A stretch of DNA of 64,000 nt from assembly GCA_000004985.1 (NCBI GenBank), contig GG738849.1; one strand, given 5' to 3'. The notes beneath the pieces are model-generated. The model did no database searches. It had not been told where the DNA came from and was given only the letters and a program-made list of their open reading frames with translations. Source of the stretch: Naegleria gruberi. Its lineage: Eukaryota. The translations under genes were made by a program, and so were the position numbers. Of the stretch, positions 23,098-33,824 are shown in pieces (the first letter of the stretch is position 1; every line of letters begins with the position of its first letter).

Positions 23098-23727
23098 TTA
23101 GTAGTCTTGGGATGATTCGAGTAATTCTCTTTTCATTCTATTAATGTCCTCAATAGAGAACCCTTCATTCTCATCCTCCCTCTCTTCTTCCAATGACGAG
23201 TTTGGTGAATGAGCTTGAATCCTTGAATTTTCTCGTTTCTTATTTTGTGAAGCTCTCTTCACTTTGCTTGTCTTTTTCCAGTAAGCATTGTAAATGTCAT
23301 TCAATAATCCCCAAATTGTGTCATAATCTCCTGAAATAACTTCTTTCGTGGACCACAAGAAACGAAGCTCAATTGTCTTGTTATCCCTTAATACTGAAAA
23401 CACCCGTTCCAAATTATTGTGCATGGCCGCAGTAGTTTGAGGAAGTCTGCTAATTCCTTTCATTTTTCCCTCTCCTTCAATTCGAGCAACTATTTCTGCA
23501 AATTTTAAGCCAGTCCTCAAATCATTTTCGCATTGAATGTTTGAATTGAATTCGATACCTAAATCGTATTCAATCCACCGGGCAATATGTTTAAATTTCT
23601 CCATAGAGTTCTCGTCTAAAATTTGTGGCTCATTATTCTTTTGTACAAATGATTTTCTCTCTGCTCTCATTGGCTGCTCTACTTGCTGATGAGTTACCTC
23701 AGGTTCCTCCTCTTCCTCTCGATCCAC
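23098..23727 (-). CDS. Calponin-homology (CH, DUF1042/CLAMP-like) domain protein
   Basis: 209 aa: acidic N-terminus, then a CH-like core (KFKHIARWIEYDLGIEF, LRTGLKFAEIVARIEG, ELRFLWSTKEVISGDYDTIWGLLNDIYNAYW). It overlaps the next upstream ORF in another frame, so it may be the C-terminal part of one gene. Confidence 0.5.
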   Translation of the reverse strand: MDREEEEEPEVTHQQVEQPMRAERKSFVQKNNEPQILDENSMEKFKHIARWIEYDLGIEFNSNIQCENDLRTGLKFAEIVARIEGEGKMKGISRLPQTTAAMHNNLERVFSVLRDNKTIELRFLWSTKEVISGDYDTIWGLLNDIYNAYWKKTSKVKRASQNKKRENSRIQAHSPNSSLEEEREDENEGFSIEDINRMKRELLESSQDY

Positions 23728-24800
23728 ATTTGGTTTCCTTGTAGGAATGAAAATTCGTTTGCTTTGGGTATGTCCACTTGTTTTTGAACTGGTTTTGGTT
23801 GCGAAGTAATTGCAAGATCTTCAGTGTTGGTTTGGGAATTGTAGAGTGGAGCAGAGACTGGTGCACTTGGTTGATTGGAAGAAACATTCTTGATATTTAG
23901 TTTTGGAATGGAAGTAGTTGGTTTAAAAGGCAAGTTCGATTTTCTTGGTTTGTTTGCTGATACTTGTCGATTCTTCCAGTCCAAGTCCAGATTTCTTCTA
24001 TTATCCAATTCCCCCAGGAATCTTGTCCTTGTAGATTCTTCATCTGCAATAAGAGATTCCTTTTTAATATACACTGATCTCATTACTGGACCAATAGAGG
24101 GCCTTCTATCAATATCCATATCCCCATTTGAATCGGATTCCAATACATTAAGGGGTTGAGATTTTTTCATATCATTCATTTGATTTCTCCTTGATGTATT
24201 ATTATTAATTGGTGGATCGTCTTCCCACGACACCTTAGGTTTTGTTGACTGTTTTTCTTGTTCCTGTTTCTTGCTTGTTGTATCCAATATTTCGTCCTGC
24301 TGTGGTTGATGATTTGATTTTGATGAACTAAAACTTTGACGTTGTTTCTCCAATTCTACTTGATTTTCGAAGTGTTCTTTGAGGAATCCCACTGATATAA
24401 CAGTTCTAATCGGAGGTGTACACTGAGGTCTCCTCCTTTCTCTTCCTATTAATTTGTGGTAAAATCCAGAGAAGGTAGTATTTAGGGAAGAATTGGTAGT
24501 ATTGATAGTTGATTGTACATTGTGAAACCTTGAAGAAGAAATTACTTCTTCCTCTTCATCCTCTGAGGATTCTGTATTTTCTGTATTAGGTTGTGCATTT
24601 GTTGATTTATCAACTTGTTGAAATGAAGGAAGGGAAGATGGATCACGATAAATAGAGGGATTTGCAAACTTTGATTTGAGGGCTGTTATTCCGTTCTGTG
24701 TCGATGAATTATTGCCAAGCACAATTATTTTGCCCTTAGAAAAACTCGTGCTCGAACCAAGATGAGCAGTTTTCATATTCTTTTTTGTGATGATTTTCAA
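23694..24800 (-). CDS. Low-complexity Ser/Asn/Gln-rich ORF, possibly the N-terminal part of the CH-domain gene
   Basis: 368-aa ORF with no domain. Its 3' end overlaps the CH-domain ORF by 34 nt in a different frame (A-rich stretch near 23700), so one more homopolymer frameshift or an unrecognised intron could join them. Confidence 0.35.
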   Translation of the reverse strand: MKIITKKNMKTAHLGSSTSFSKGKIIVLGNNSSTQNGITALKSKFANPSIYRDPSSLPSFQQVDKSTNAQPNTENTESSEDEEEEVISSSRFHNVQSTINTTNSSLNTTFSGFYHKLIGRERRRPQCTPPIRTVISVGFLKEHFENQVELEKQRQSFSSSKSNHQPQQDEILDTTSKKQEQEKQSTKPKVSWEDDPPINNNTSRRNQMNDMKKSQPLNVLESDSNGDMDIDRRPSIGPVMRSVYIKKESLIADEESTRTRFLGELDNRRNLDLDWKNRQVSANKPRKSNLPFKPTTSIPKLNIKNVSSNQPSAPVSAPLYNSQTNTEDLAITSQPKPVQKQVDIPKANEFSFLQGNQMWIERKRRNLR

Positions 24801-25154
24801 AATTACGAGTAACGTTCAAATGTTGTGGCTTCTCTGTTTAGTAAGTTCTTAATGGGAAAATTCACTGCTGTGAAGATGGTGCTATTTGTCTGGTACCCAA
24901 ATCAAATTTAAGCAAACAGGTCATGAATTCCTCATATTTATCTATTGAAAAATGTTCCATTGGAAATAATTCTTCTTTTATTGAGGTTTTTTAATAGTTA
25001 TGTACACAACAATTTTAGGCGCCAAATAATTAAAAAACATGGGATTGCATTAAAATCGTAACTTAATCAATTAAAAAAAACATCAACACACTTTTCCGCA
25101 CCAACTGATTAGAGTGTTGTATTTTTGCTGTTGCTGTTGTATTTAAATTCGGAA

Positions 25155-26593
25155 ATGAAGAGAAGATTATTAAAAGTAGTGGAGCATGATCCCGATACTA
25201 ACAAGGATGAGTTGGAATATCGTAAAATCTTGATGGAATTCCAAAAAAAGAGCAAGGAATGTGAGAATGATTCTGCTGGGGATATGTTGAGCAAATTTGG
25301 ATTGGATGAAAATTACAAGATTATCAGTCCAAAATATGGTGTGGTTTATACAAAAATTAAATATGGATTGTTTATAATTGTTGGCTTTGCATTGAGTTTG
25401 ATTTATCAATCAAACATGAAATATTTCAATCCAATATTGAAGAAAACTGGCGTTTATGCTGGTGAGGAGGACGTTCCAGTGATAATACACTTTTTATCCT
25501 TGTCATTGACAGTAAGTTGACCACACATTAATAGGATCCTTGAATGAGTTTAATTTTTCTCAAACTTAAATAGTTATTTTTTGGATTTCATGCTTTATTG
25601 TGCTCTCCACTTTTGGGATCAAAACATAGAAATAAGAATGATTACCAGAACAAGTATTTTTTGGGTTTCAAGATTCCATTATTTGTTATTTGCTTGATAG
25701 CTCCATATTTCATTGTACCAGAGTTTGTGATTAATGTTCATGTTTACATTTCAAAATATGTCATGTTCTTCTACTTGTTTTTGAGTACAATATTTATCAT
25801 TGATTTTGCTTACCGTTGGAGTAGAGCTTGGCATGATGAAGATGATTGGAGATGGGATACTTGTTTGATTTCTATTTCGTGTGTATTTATTATTTTGTCA
25901 CTTGCCATCTATGGTGTCTCTTTCGTAAGTATCAAGTAGAATTTACCATCGTTATCGACCATTACAATAGTTTAATAGTGGATTTAAGAATTCTGGATGT
26001 CTCCTCAATTTTTATGTTACTGCCTTTACATGCTTATTGTCACTAATTTTACTAATTTCATCCCTTTTCACAGAGCATGCCTCCTTATTTAGTGGAAGTA
26101 TGATTACATTCTATATTGCAATCACTTCTCTCAATGTATTAATGAGCAAACCAATGCCAGAAAAACAATGCTCATTCTCCAATACTTATCCTGTAACTAT
26201 TGCTGTAAGTAGTGGTTTTACTAGTTGTGTATTAAGTGAAATATTTGTTATTTATTCGAATAGGCCATGGTATTTGCTCTCTTCTCAATCATGTATAGTG
26301 CCATTTATTCCACTACTGGTCTCCAATTCCTGGCCCACTTTTTATGGTACGGTGAAGAGCCAGAGGAAGATGAGGAACATGACTTTGTTAAGGATGATAA
26401 GGCTCTCAATAATAGTTACTTCTTCTATCATTCCTTCTTGACAGTTTGCAGTTTTTACTTGACAAACTTTTTCCAACAATATCAAGGATGGAATGAGCTT
26501 GGAATTCAGGCATTCCTCTTACTTTTCACAATGGCTCTTTATGGATGGTCCTTATTGGCCCCATACGTATTGTATTGGAGAAGATTTGACTAA
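25155..26593 (+). CDS. SERINC: SERINC/TMS1 (serine incorporator) multi-pass membrane protein, 4 exons
   Basis: Exons are 25155..25511, 25574..25924, 26076..26204 and 26264..26593. Introns have GTAAGT donors and are 62, 151 and 59 nt. SERINC signatures are IIDFAYRWSRAW (compare LVDFAHSWNESW), SLFSGSMITFYIAITSLNVLMSKP, and the C-terminus LLAPYVLYWRRFD (compare LVAPLVLT-RDFS). The four ORF-track fragments are all in frame after splicing. Confidence 0.75.
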
Positions 26594-26666
26594 TTTTCTA
26601 GATTTGCAATTCACTCAATATAACTTACAATAAAAAAGGAATGTTTTTATAGACTTTAAATGATTA

Positions 26667-28020
26667 TTAATCAAAGAATTTACCATCAAAAGTATCAAAC
26701 CAACCCGATTGAATTCCAGCAAGAGTTCTCAGCATGAACCATCTAGCTGGCTGTATATTACATAATGGACCCATTACTATGTCTCTCATATACGAAACTG
26801 AATGAAAGTTGCTTTGGAAGAATGGTGTTAAAATTCTTGAAGCTAATCTATAACCAATTACATGGCTCATTCTTTTATCTCTATACTCGGCCAGAGCTTG
26901 TTTGAGAGAATAATTGGATTGAGCTTGTTTCGAATAGAGAGGCGTCTTTTCGAGACACTGATTCAAAACATGAGCATCCACAAAAGCCAATGAACATCCT
27001 TGTCCCAATTGAGGTGAGGTTCCATGACAATAATCTCCAATAGTTACAACTCTATCAGTTACCCAATTATCAGGTGACATTTGAACATCATTATAAGTTG
27101 CATAGGTCAATTGATCCTTTGAAGTAATTTGAGAAATGAATGGTTCAAGCGAGGGCCAAAAATCAACCAAAGATTGTTTCCACTCCATAAAATCAATTCC
27201 ATCTCTACTTAATTTTTGGAATTCCATATAATCCTTCTGTGTCAAACTCCAAAATATACTCACTAGATTATCCTTAGGTGATGAAATGCATTTTCCAATT
27301 GGTAATAATCCTGACATTTTGTTGGCATTTCTGTATTTTTGATAGAGGGTTCTATCATTGGAGTATCCAGTGTTATCAATTGCATTTCCCCATAAACTTC
27401 CAAATTCATAAGGTTTGGCCAATCTATTTTCAAAATTACCCAATTTGGAATGTGTTCCAGTGGAAATAATTACCATATCATAATACTGATCCAACAATTC
27501 ATGTTTTCCTTCTGGAGTTTTAAAGTATAATCTTGCCGAATCTTGATTCTCCTCAATCTTACAAACTTCCATACCACATTTAACATTAATATTAGGAATA
27601 TTCGAAACTTGATTAAATAAAAGTTCAAAAAGTGTGCCTCTATGTATTCCCAGTCCATAATATCCTTCTCCCAGATATTTATACTGTAAATCTAGAACAC
27701 ATTTATGGACTTGTTGTGAAAATTTCCATGGTTTTCCAAAATGACGATCCGTATGACCGTACAATCGATCAATTCTTTGTCCATACTCGAGAGCTGATTC
27801 CAATAAACCCAATTCTTTCATTACTCTCATACCAGTTGGTTGGAGGAGAATGCCAGATCCAATTGGTTTGGCCATTGGAAATTTTTCGAAAATATCAATG
27901 GAGTGTCCCACTATTTTGTTGGATGATTAGATGATATTATTTCAACAACAACATACGCTTTGATGCAAAGAGACTGAAAGCGGGTCCCGCTGTGCCAAAA
28001 CCAATCACAGCTATTTTCAT
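26667..28020 (-). CDS. FAD-dependent aromatic-ring monooxygenase-like protein, 2 exons
   Basis: Exon 1 is 27957..28020 (MKIAVIGFGTAGPAFSLFASK, a Rossmann GxGxxG motif). The 46-nt intron is 27911..27956 (GTATGT...AAATAG, phase 1). Exon 2 is ORF 26667..27910 with DRVVTIGDYCHGTSPQLGQGCSLAFVDAHVL (the GD...GQG flavin motif). Confidence 0.65.
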
Positions 28021-28133
28021 TTTTTTAAAATTGATTTTGCTGTGTTATCTGGAGTGGAAGTATTGACATTATGATAATATTATTGAACTTGGTTCAATGT
28101 TTAAATTTTGATTGAATTACAATATAATAAAAT

Positions 28134-29000
28134 TTACTTTCTCATTAACTTTTTCAATAATCTGTAAATACTTGGAGTAATAGCCAAAGTAACAGCCATT
28201 CTCAAAGGTTCAGTAAATTTAGTCAAAACCCAAGCAACACCGGCATTGGCATACATTTCTGATTTATCCAAATCAGACATGTCAATAAGCTTATCAAGTC
28301 CACTACTATGCAACCATTGTAAAACATCCTTAGTTGCGAAAACTCCTTGTTGTAATAAGAGGAAAATTGTACCTAAAACCAAAAAGTAAATACCAAAATA
28401 AATTACAATACCCAAAGCACCGTATTGCTTGACAAATCTCTTAATCTTGGCAAATACTGTTTCTTGGGATCTGATTTCTTGTTCAGTTGTTTGTAAAACG
28501 TATAATTCTTGATTTGGTGACATTTTAACATTTAATTTCTTTCCAATATCTTCCCTTGTTGGCTTTGGTTCGAATGGAATTTTATGAATAATTCCTTTAT
28601 AATCAGCTTGCATTTCTCTAATTTCATCACCAACAACTGGTTGTCTATCAATTCTACAAACAATTTCATTATCCTCTACTGGATCTCCTTCAACTTTTAA
28701 CCATTCAATAATAACATTGGAATTTTTTACAACATCTTCAGGTGTTTTTACAGTAATATATTTTGTTTCGGAAAGTTCTGGATCAACAGCTTTATGAATC
28801 ATACTATTCACTGTACTAAATGAACGATTAATTGTTGTTCCACTAAAAGTAGTACTACCATTATTATTAATAATATTATCAGATAATGAATTGAATTTTC
28901 TAGAATTAATTGATGATGATTGTCTCATAGACAAGGCAGTGGTCAAAGCCTTTCCCAATGTACGTCTATTTCTACTACTACTCAATACTACTCTATTCAT
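28134..29000 (-). CDS. FAM210/DUF1279-domain mitochondrial protein
   Basis: 288 aa with a Ser/Arg-rich N-terminal presequence-like region. The C-terminal DUF1279 signature is KQYGALGIVIYFGIYFLVLGTIF...AYANAGVAWVLTKFTEPLRMAVTLAITP. The middle region (IIEWLKVEGDPVEDNEIVCRIDRQPVVGDEI) weakly resembles a lipoyl/biotinyl domain. Confidence 0.6.
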   Translation of the reverse strand: MNRVVLSSSRNRRTLGKALTTALSMRQSSSINSRKFNSLSDNIINNNGSTTFSGTTINRSFSTVNSMIHKAVDPELSETKYITVKTPEDVVKNSNVIIEWLKVEGDPVEDNEIVCRIDRQPVVGDEIREMQADYKGIIHKIPFEPKPTREDIGKKLNVKMSPNQELYVLQTTEQEIRSQETVFAKIKRFVKQYGALGIVIYFGIYFLVLGTIFLLLQQGVFATKDVLQWLHSSGLDKLIDMSDLDKSEMYANAGVAWVLTKFTEPLRMAVTLAITPSIYRLLKKLMRK

Positions 29001-29361
29001 CGTTTAACGTGATTATTATATATGATTTAATAAATTAATCCTTCTCTCTCTCACTTGTAATAATTAATCAATCGCTCACAGGGTACCGAAAGGACTCCTC
29101 AATGATAATGATGAAAATTGTCTAATTTTTTATTAATTTTGAAAAAGCATAATTGAAAGATCCTCCCCATCACTGCCATTCGTGAGGAATATTTTGATTG
29201 TGCTTCCGTAACAAGTTCGAATTATGTTATTTGTTTGCTGCTTCTTGATGTGAGCAGCGGTGTTTGCAATGTAACCTAATCAATTTTCGAAATTATTTTG
29301 ATTGGAAGAGTAGTATTGTGTCATCTTCCATTAACTTGAGAATTATCCAATAAATAATATA

Positions 29362-29775
29362 TTATTGTTGAGTGGTAGTGGTAGCCTCGGAGGATGAGCA
29401 TTCTTCAGAAGTGGATGGTTTCTTCTTTCTAGCTGCTCTTCTTTCCAAACTTTCAATTTGTTCATCAATACCCTTGATGTTCATACTAGCATCAAGATTT
29501 GTTTCAACTTGCTTTTTGTTTAATCTGAGTTTGAATCCATCATCTTCATTTTCTTTAACTCCTTGCACTACGGAAGCAACAATGAAGGTTGCTGTTTGGT
29601 TGGCATCGGAAACGAGTTGTGTAATTCTGTTGGCATCCTTTTCAAATCTATTCTTTTCAAATTCTGTTCTGATTTGTCGGAGTGAAAGTTTGAGCATTCT
29701 AGTATCTTTATCAAAAACAATTCTGCTTGCTCTTAAGAGTTGTCTGTATGCTTGAAGGGAAGGGGTTACGGACAT
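29362..29775 (-). CDS. LYR-motif (complex 1 LYR family, LYRM7/Mzm1-like) protein
   Basis: 137 aa. The N-terminal LYR signature is LQAYRQLLRASRIVFDKDTRMLKLSLRQIRTEFEKNR. Confidence 0.55.
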   Translation of the reverse strand: MSVTPSLQAYRQLLRASRIVFDKDTRMLKLSLRQIRTEFEKNRFEKDANRITQLVSDANQTATFIVASVVQGVKENEDDGFKLRLNKKQVETNLDASMNIKGIDEQIESLERRAARKKKPSTSEECSSSEATTTTQQ

Positions 29776-29899
29776 TTTTTATTTGATTTTACAATTAATT
29801 TCATAATGAATTTAATAATTTTACAATTAATACAATGCATTCGATTGCTTTTGAATGTGTACCAAATGAATTTTTAATCCAAAATATTTTGGAAAGGTC

Positions 29900-30706
29900 T
29901 TAAAATCCATTGAATTTAGTCGAACCTCTTCCTCTCACATAATCAGATGAGTCTCTATTTTCATATCTGTGTGATGATGAATAATTATTCCTAGAATGGT
30001 CACCATATGGCCTATACCTGTCGTCATATCTATAGACACGTCCAGTGGTTGGTGGTGCATTTCGTTTTGGTGATGAGCTATCTTGTTTTTCTCTATTGTC
30101 TTGCTTCTTCTTTTTATCCTTCTTTTGTTTCTTTTTCAGTTTCAACTCTCCACAATTAATAATGACTATCTCTTCAAGTGGTGTATTATCTTCATTGACT
30201 TTGACCTTTTCAATCTGTTTTATAATATTCATTCCTTCAATAACCCTTCCAAAAACAACATGCTTGTTATCCAAATAATCCAATTCAGATGACATTGTAA
30301 TGAAGAATTGAGATCCTACAGTATTTGGACCAGCGTTCGCAGCAGAAAGTAATCCAGCCCGAGAATGCTTCAAAATAAAGTTTTCATCTTCCATCATTCC
30401 ACCATAAATTGATTCTCCTCCTCGTCCATTAAAATCAGAAAAATCTCCACCTTGAATAATAAATTCAGGTACCACCCGATGGAAAATACTTCCTTTAAAA
30501 TGTAATGGTTTTTTAGTTTCCACTCCGATACCTTTTTCTCCAGTGCAAAGACATCTAAAATTTTCTGCTGTTCTTGGACAAATATGTTTGTATAATTTAA
30601 ATATTATTCTTCCGATCTTTTCATCTCCTATTACAATATCAAAAAAAACTCTTGGGTTTTTTATGTGTTTGGATAGGAGTGGATTTTTGGTTGATGATTT
30701 TGGCAT
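29900..30706 (-). CDS. Cyclophilin-type peptidyl-prolyl isomerase with charged/RS-like C-terminal tail
   Basis: 268 aa: FFDIVIGDEKIGRIIFKLY, FHRVVPEFIIQGGDF, GGESIYGG, HVVFGRVIEGMNII, then a K/R/D/S/Y-rich tail. Confidence 0.85.
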   Translation of the reverse strand: MPKSSTKNPLLSKHIKNPRVFFDIVIGDEKIGRIIFKLYKHICPRTAENFRCLCTGEKGIGVETKKPLHFKGSIFHRVVPEFIIQGGDFSDFNGRGGESIYGGMMEDENFILKHSRAGLLSAANAGPNTVGSQFFITMSSELDYLDNKHVVFGRVIEGMNIIKQIEKVKVNEDNTPLEEIVIINCGELKLKKKQKKDKKKKQDNREKQDSSSPKRNAPPTTGRVYRYDDRYRPYGDHSRNNYSSSHRYENRDSSDYVRGRGSTKFNGF

Positions 30707-30877
30707 TTTTTTATTATTTAAAATAATTATTATTTAAATCATCAATGCTCAATTAATCTATTTTTACGTTGATGTTAGGAAATTGTGGAAAGAGGGCAAA
30801 ATAAAGGAGTGTCTTGCTATGTTTTTAGAGAAGCCTAATACATTCGATGCCTCTTTTCTGTTGTACAAGAAAGTATA

Positions 30878-32824
30878 GTGCCGAAGAACATATCAAAATA
30901 TTGGAATCAATACCGTATTCAAATCATCTTAGCCACAATTTTATCATTACAAAGAAGCTCCATTGATGCAGAATTGTATGTGAAGGATCCATCATCAATG
31001 ATTTATGTATCAAAAGATGATGATTTGAAAAAACTTTCACCTCTGTCCATCCAATTAATTTTGGGAACCATAAGGCTTGTGAGTTGTTGGAATATATGAA
31101 GAATGTAAAAATGGATGCAATAATATTCCTAGTATTGATAACATTTTGCACAGAAAAAAACTACTCATGGAAGGAATTGATATGCATAAAAAGATCATGG
31201 AATATAAGATAGAATCCTTAAAGGTTGACAATGCACTGATGAACTTTTATACGAAATGTGAAATGCCAGATGAAGCATTAGAAATTTTTGACCACCTCAA
31301 AAGTGAAAAGAAACCAATTGATATTATAACATGGACTTGTACTATTCAAGCTTACATGTCCAAAAATCAAGTTTCAAAAGCTATGTCCTTACTCTCAGAA
31401 ATTCAATTATATCAAACCCCTGACCCAATATTGTTTTCAACAGTATTACATATTTGTGCTGAAAATAGGTTGATTGAAGAAGGACAGGAAATTCATCAAA
31501 GAATTAACAAATTGAAAAAGCAGAATATCATTTTAGACAATGCACTGATGAATTTTTATACGAAATGTGGAATGCCAGAAAAAGCATTAGAAATATTTGA
31601 AAAACTCAAAAGTGAAAAGAAGCCAATGGAGGTCATGATATGGAACTGTGCAATTCAAGCTCTTGGTGAACAAAAGAAGGCCATTGAGGCATTTTCTCTT
31701 TTCAAAGAAATGGAAAGTAATAGCATAATTCCAACTGAGATTACATTTAATATCTTGTTAAATATTTGTGCTGAAAATAAGTTGATTGAGGAAAGGACAG
31801 GAAATTCATCAAAGAATCAAAAAATTGAAAAAGCAGAATATCATTTTAGACAATGCATTGATGAATTTTTATACTAAATGTAAAATGCCAGATGAAGCAT
31901 TAGAAATATTTGAACAACTCAAAAATGAAAAGAAACCAATTGATATTATAACATGGACTTGTGCTATTCAAGCTCTTGTACAAAAGAAATGCATTGATGA
32001 GGCATTGGATTTACTTGAAACAAATGGCATCCAAGTCGACGAAGTGATTTATGTTGTACTTTTGACTGCATGTGCAAACGATGTGTCAATAGAAAAAGGT
32101 GAGCATGTTATCAAACTAATAGAATCGTCTGGAATGCTCACAGACCATATTATGTACGGAGCTGTTGTAAACTTTTATGCCAAAATTGGAAATATTCAAA
32201 AAGCTCTGTATTTTTTCAATGAATATGATGGCCCTCCTGAAAGTCTTTAATGATGTGGAAAGAGCTGAGAGAGCATTTAACATTTTATTAGAGCTCGATA
32301 AGGAGCAAGCAACTCATTATGTTCTAATGTCGCATGTGTACCTTCAAAGTGATCAACCAGAAAAAGCAAAAGAAATAAGGGAATTGATGAAAAAAAATGA
32401 GGTACAAAAGACACCTGGCATTACTACAATTGAAATTAATGGCAAAACTTATCATTTTTACTACAATGACGAAAGCCACCCCAAAAAGGAGGAAATATTT
32501 CAAGAATTGGACAAGTTATGCCAAGAAATGGAGCTCGCAGGCTATGTTCCAGACACGAGATGGGTTACTAAAACGGATGCCAATGATGAAGAAACAAAGA
32601 AACATTTACTTTCAAGGCATTCTGAAAAAATTGCATTATCATTTGCTTTCATTTCCCTTCCACCTGGATCACCAATAACAATACGAAATAATCTGAGAAT
32701 GTGTGGAGATTGTCACACAGCAACAAAGTTTATATCAAAAATCAGGAAGTGTGAAATTACGGTTAGAGATGCCAGTAGATATCATCACTTTAAGGATGGA
32801 AAGTGCAGCTGTGGAGACTTTTAA
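30878..32824 (+). CDS. PPR-E-DYW protein (plant-type DYW deaminase-domain PPR), frame disrupted by at least 3 single-nucleotide indels
   Basis: ORF 32177..32824 has an E-motif plus a complete DYW domain (HSEKIALSFAFI, NLRMCGDCHTATKFISKIRKCEITVRDASRYHHFKDGKCSCGDF). ORFs 31146..31877 and 31786..32250 hold PPR repeats (DNALMNFYTKCxMPxxALEIFxxLKxEKKP). They overlap in different frames. The shifts sit at A7 (near 31155), gaggaaagg (near 31790) and T6 (near 32208). An upstream ORF 30878..31099 and a third frame carry further repeat-like sequence. Confidence 0.7.
31215..31985 (+). repeat. Internal tandem nucleotide repeat (3 copies, period ~315-320 nt) inside the PPR-DYW gene
   Basis: gacaatgca[c/t]tgatgaa[c/t]ttttatac[g/t]aaatgt[g/a][a/g]aatgccaga... 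recurs at ~31215, ~31535 and ~31849. Copies 1 and 3 are nearly identical over >120 nt. Confidence 0.8.
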
Positions 32825-32858
32825 AAGTCAAGACCATTCGATCAAAGTTAAATGAAAT

Positions 32859-33824
32859 CTAATACATTTTCGGAACGTTTATTGTTGGATAAGCACCAGA
32901 GTTTGGATTTGGTACATAATTTGGATTAAAGTCATCTCTTCTCTTTCCAACTAATCCCAATTTCTTAATGGCACTATATTGTTCAGGAATTTCCATTAGG
33001 GCATGTAATGCAAAGGTGGCATCCACTGATTTTTTAGCCTCTCTGGCCTTCTTGGCAACTTCATCCCAATGGACAAATTGGAAATTATCAAACTTTCTCT
33101 GAGGTAACTCATCATCATAATTATGCATCAAATCAAAAGGTCCATCTCCTAAACCAACCATGACAATACTGATTGGATAATTGCTTGCCCTAACGATTGC
33201 TTCTTCAGTTTCCTTTTCATTGACAACCAAACCATCTGCCAAAATAATTAAAATATGATATTGACCTCTACCAGATTGCATGACAGTTTCAATTGCCTTT
33301 TCAATTACAGGTGCAAAGTTAGTTGGACCACTCAACTTGATGTGTGGCGTTATTCTTCTGTATTCATGTAAAACTTCTTCAAATCCTCTACATGGTCTGT
33401 ATTCACCATTAGGACAAAATGGGAAACAACCAAAATCACGACACTTATCATCTCCAAATCCTAAAACATCTATCAACTTGTCGTCATCAAACTTTTCCAA
33501 TGTTCTACCAATTATTGAGATGACTTTTTCATATGGATTTACAATATCACCAACCGGATCAATATAATGAAGACTTCTTCCTCCAAAGGTTTTTCTTCCT
33601 TGTTCTTCATTCGATTTTGTATAATCAATTCCGATGATCAAATTACATGATTCTAAACCAGTCTTTCTCAGGGCATCTTGCACCTCTTCAATGGAATTAT
33701 AATTATCACCAATAGCAAGTCCCAAGGCCGATTGTGAAGTAGTTTGTTGAGCATTGGCTTTTTTTGTTTTAGAATAAATAGCAATAATAGCCAGTATGAT
33801 CAGTATGATGGTGAATGGATCCAT
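32859..33824 (-). CDS. Copine-type vWA-domain protein with N-terminal membrane anchor (no C2 domains)
   Basis: 321 aa. It starts MDPFTIILIILAIIAIYS, which is hydrophobic. The copine A-domain signatures are NLIIGIDYTKSN, SLHYIDP, NPYEKVISIIG, DVLGFGD and ILIILADGLVVNEKETEEAIVRASNYPISIVMVGLGDGPFDLM. Confidence 0.7.
   Translation of the reverse strand: MDPFTIILIILAIIAIYSKTKKANAQQTTSQSALGLAIGDNYNSIEEVQDALRKTGLESCNLIIGIDYTKSNEEQGRKTFGGRSLHYIDPVGDIVNPYEKVISIIGRTLEKFDDDKLIDVLGFGDDKCRDFGCFPFCPNGEYRPCRGFEEVLHEYRRITPHIKLSGPTNFAPVIEKAIETVMQSGRGQYHILIILADGLVVNEKETEEAIVRASNYPISIVMVGLGDGPFDLMHNYDDELPQRKFDNFQFVHWDEVAKKAREAKKSVDATFALHALMEIPEQYSAIKKLGLVGKRRDDFNPNYVPNPNSGAYPTINVPKMY

Noticed and set aside
30924-31151. 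75-aa minus ORF opposite the PPR-DYW 5' region
   Set aside because: It is antisense to PPR repeat sequence. The plus-strand frames carry the recognisable repeat motifs.
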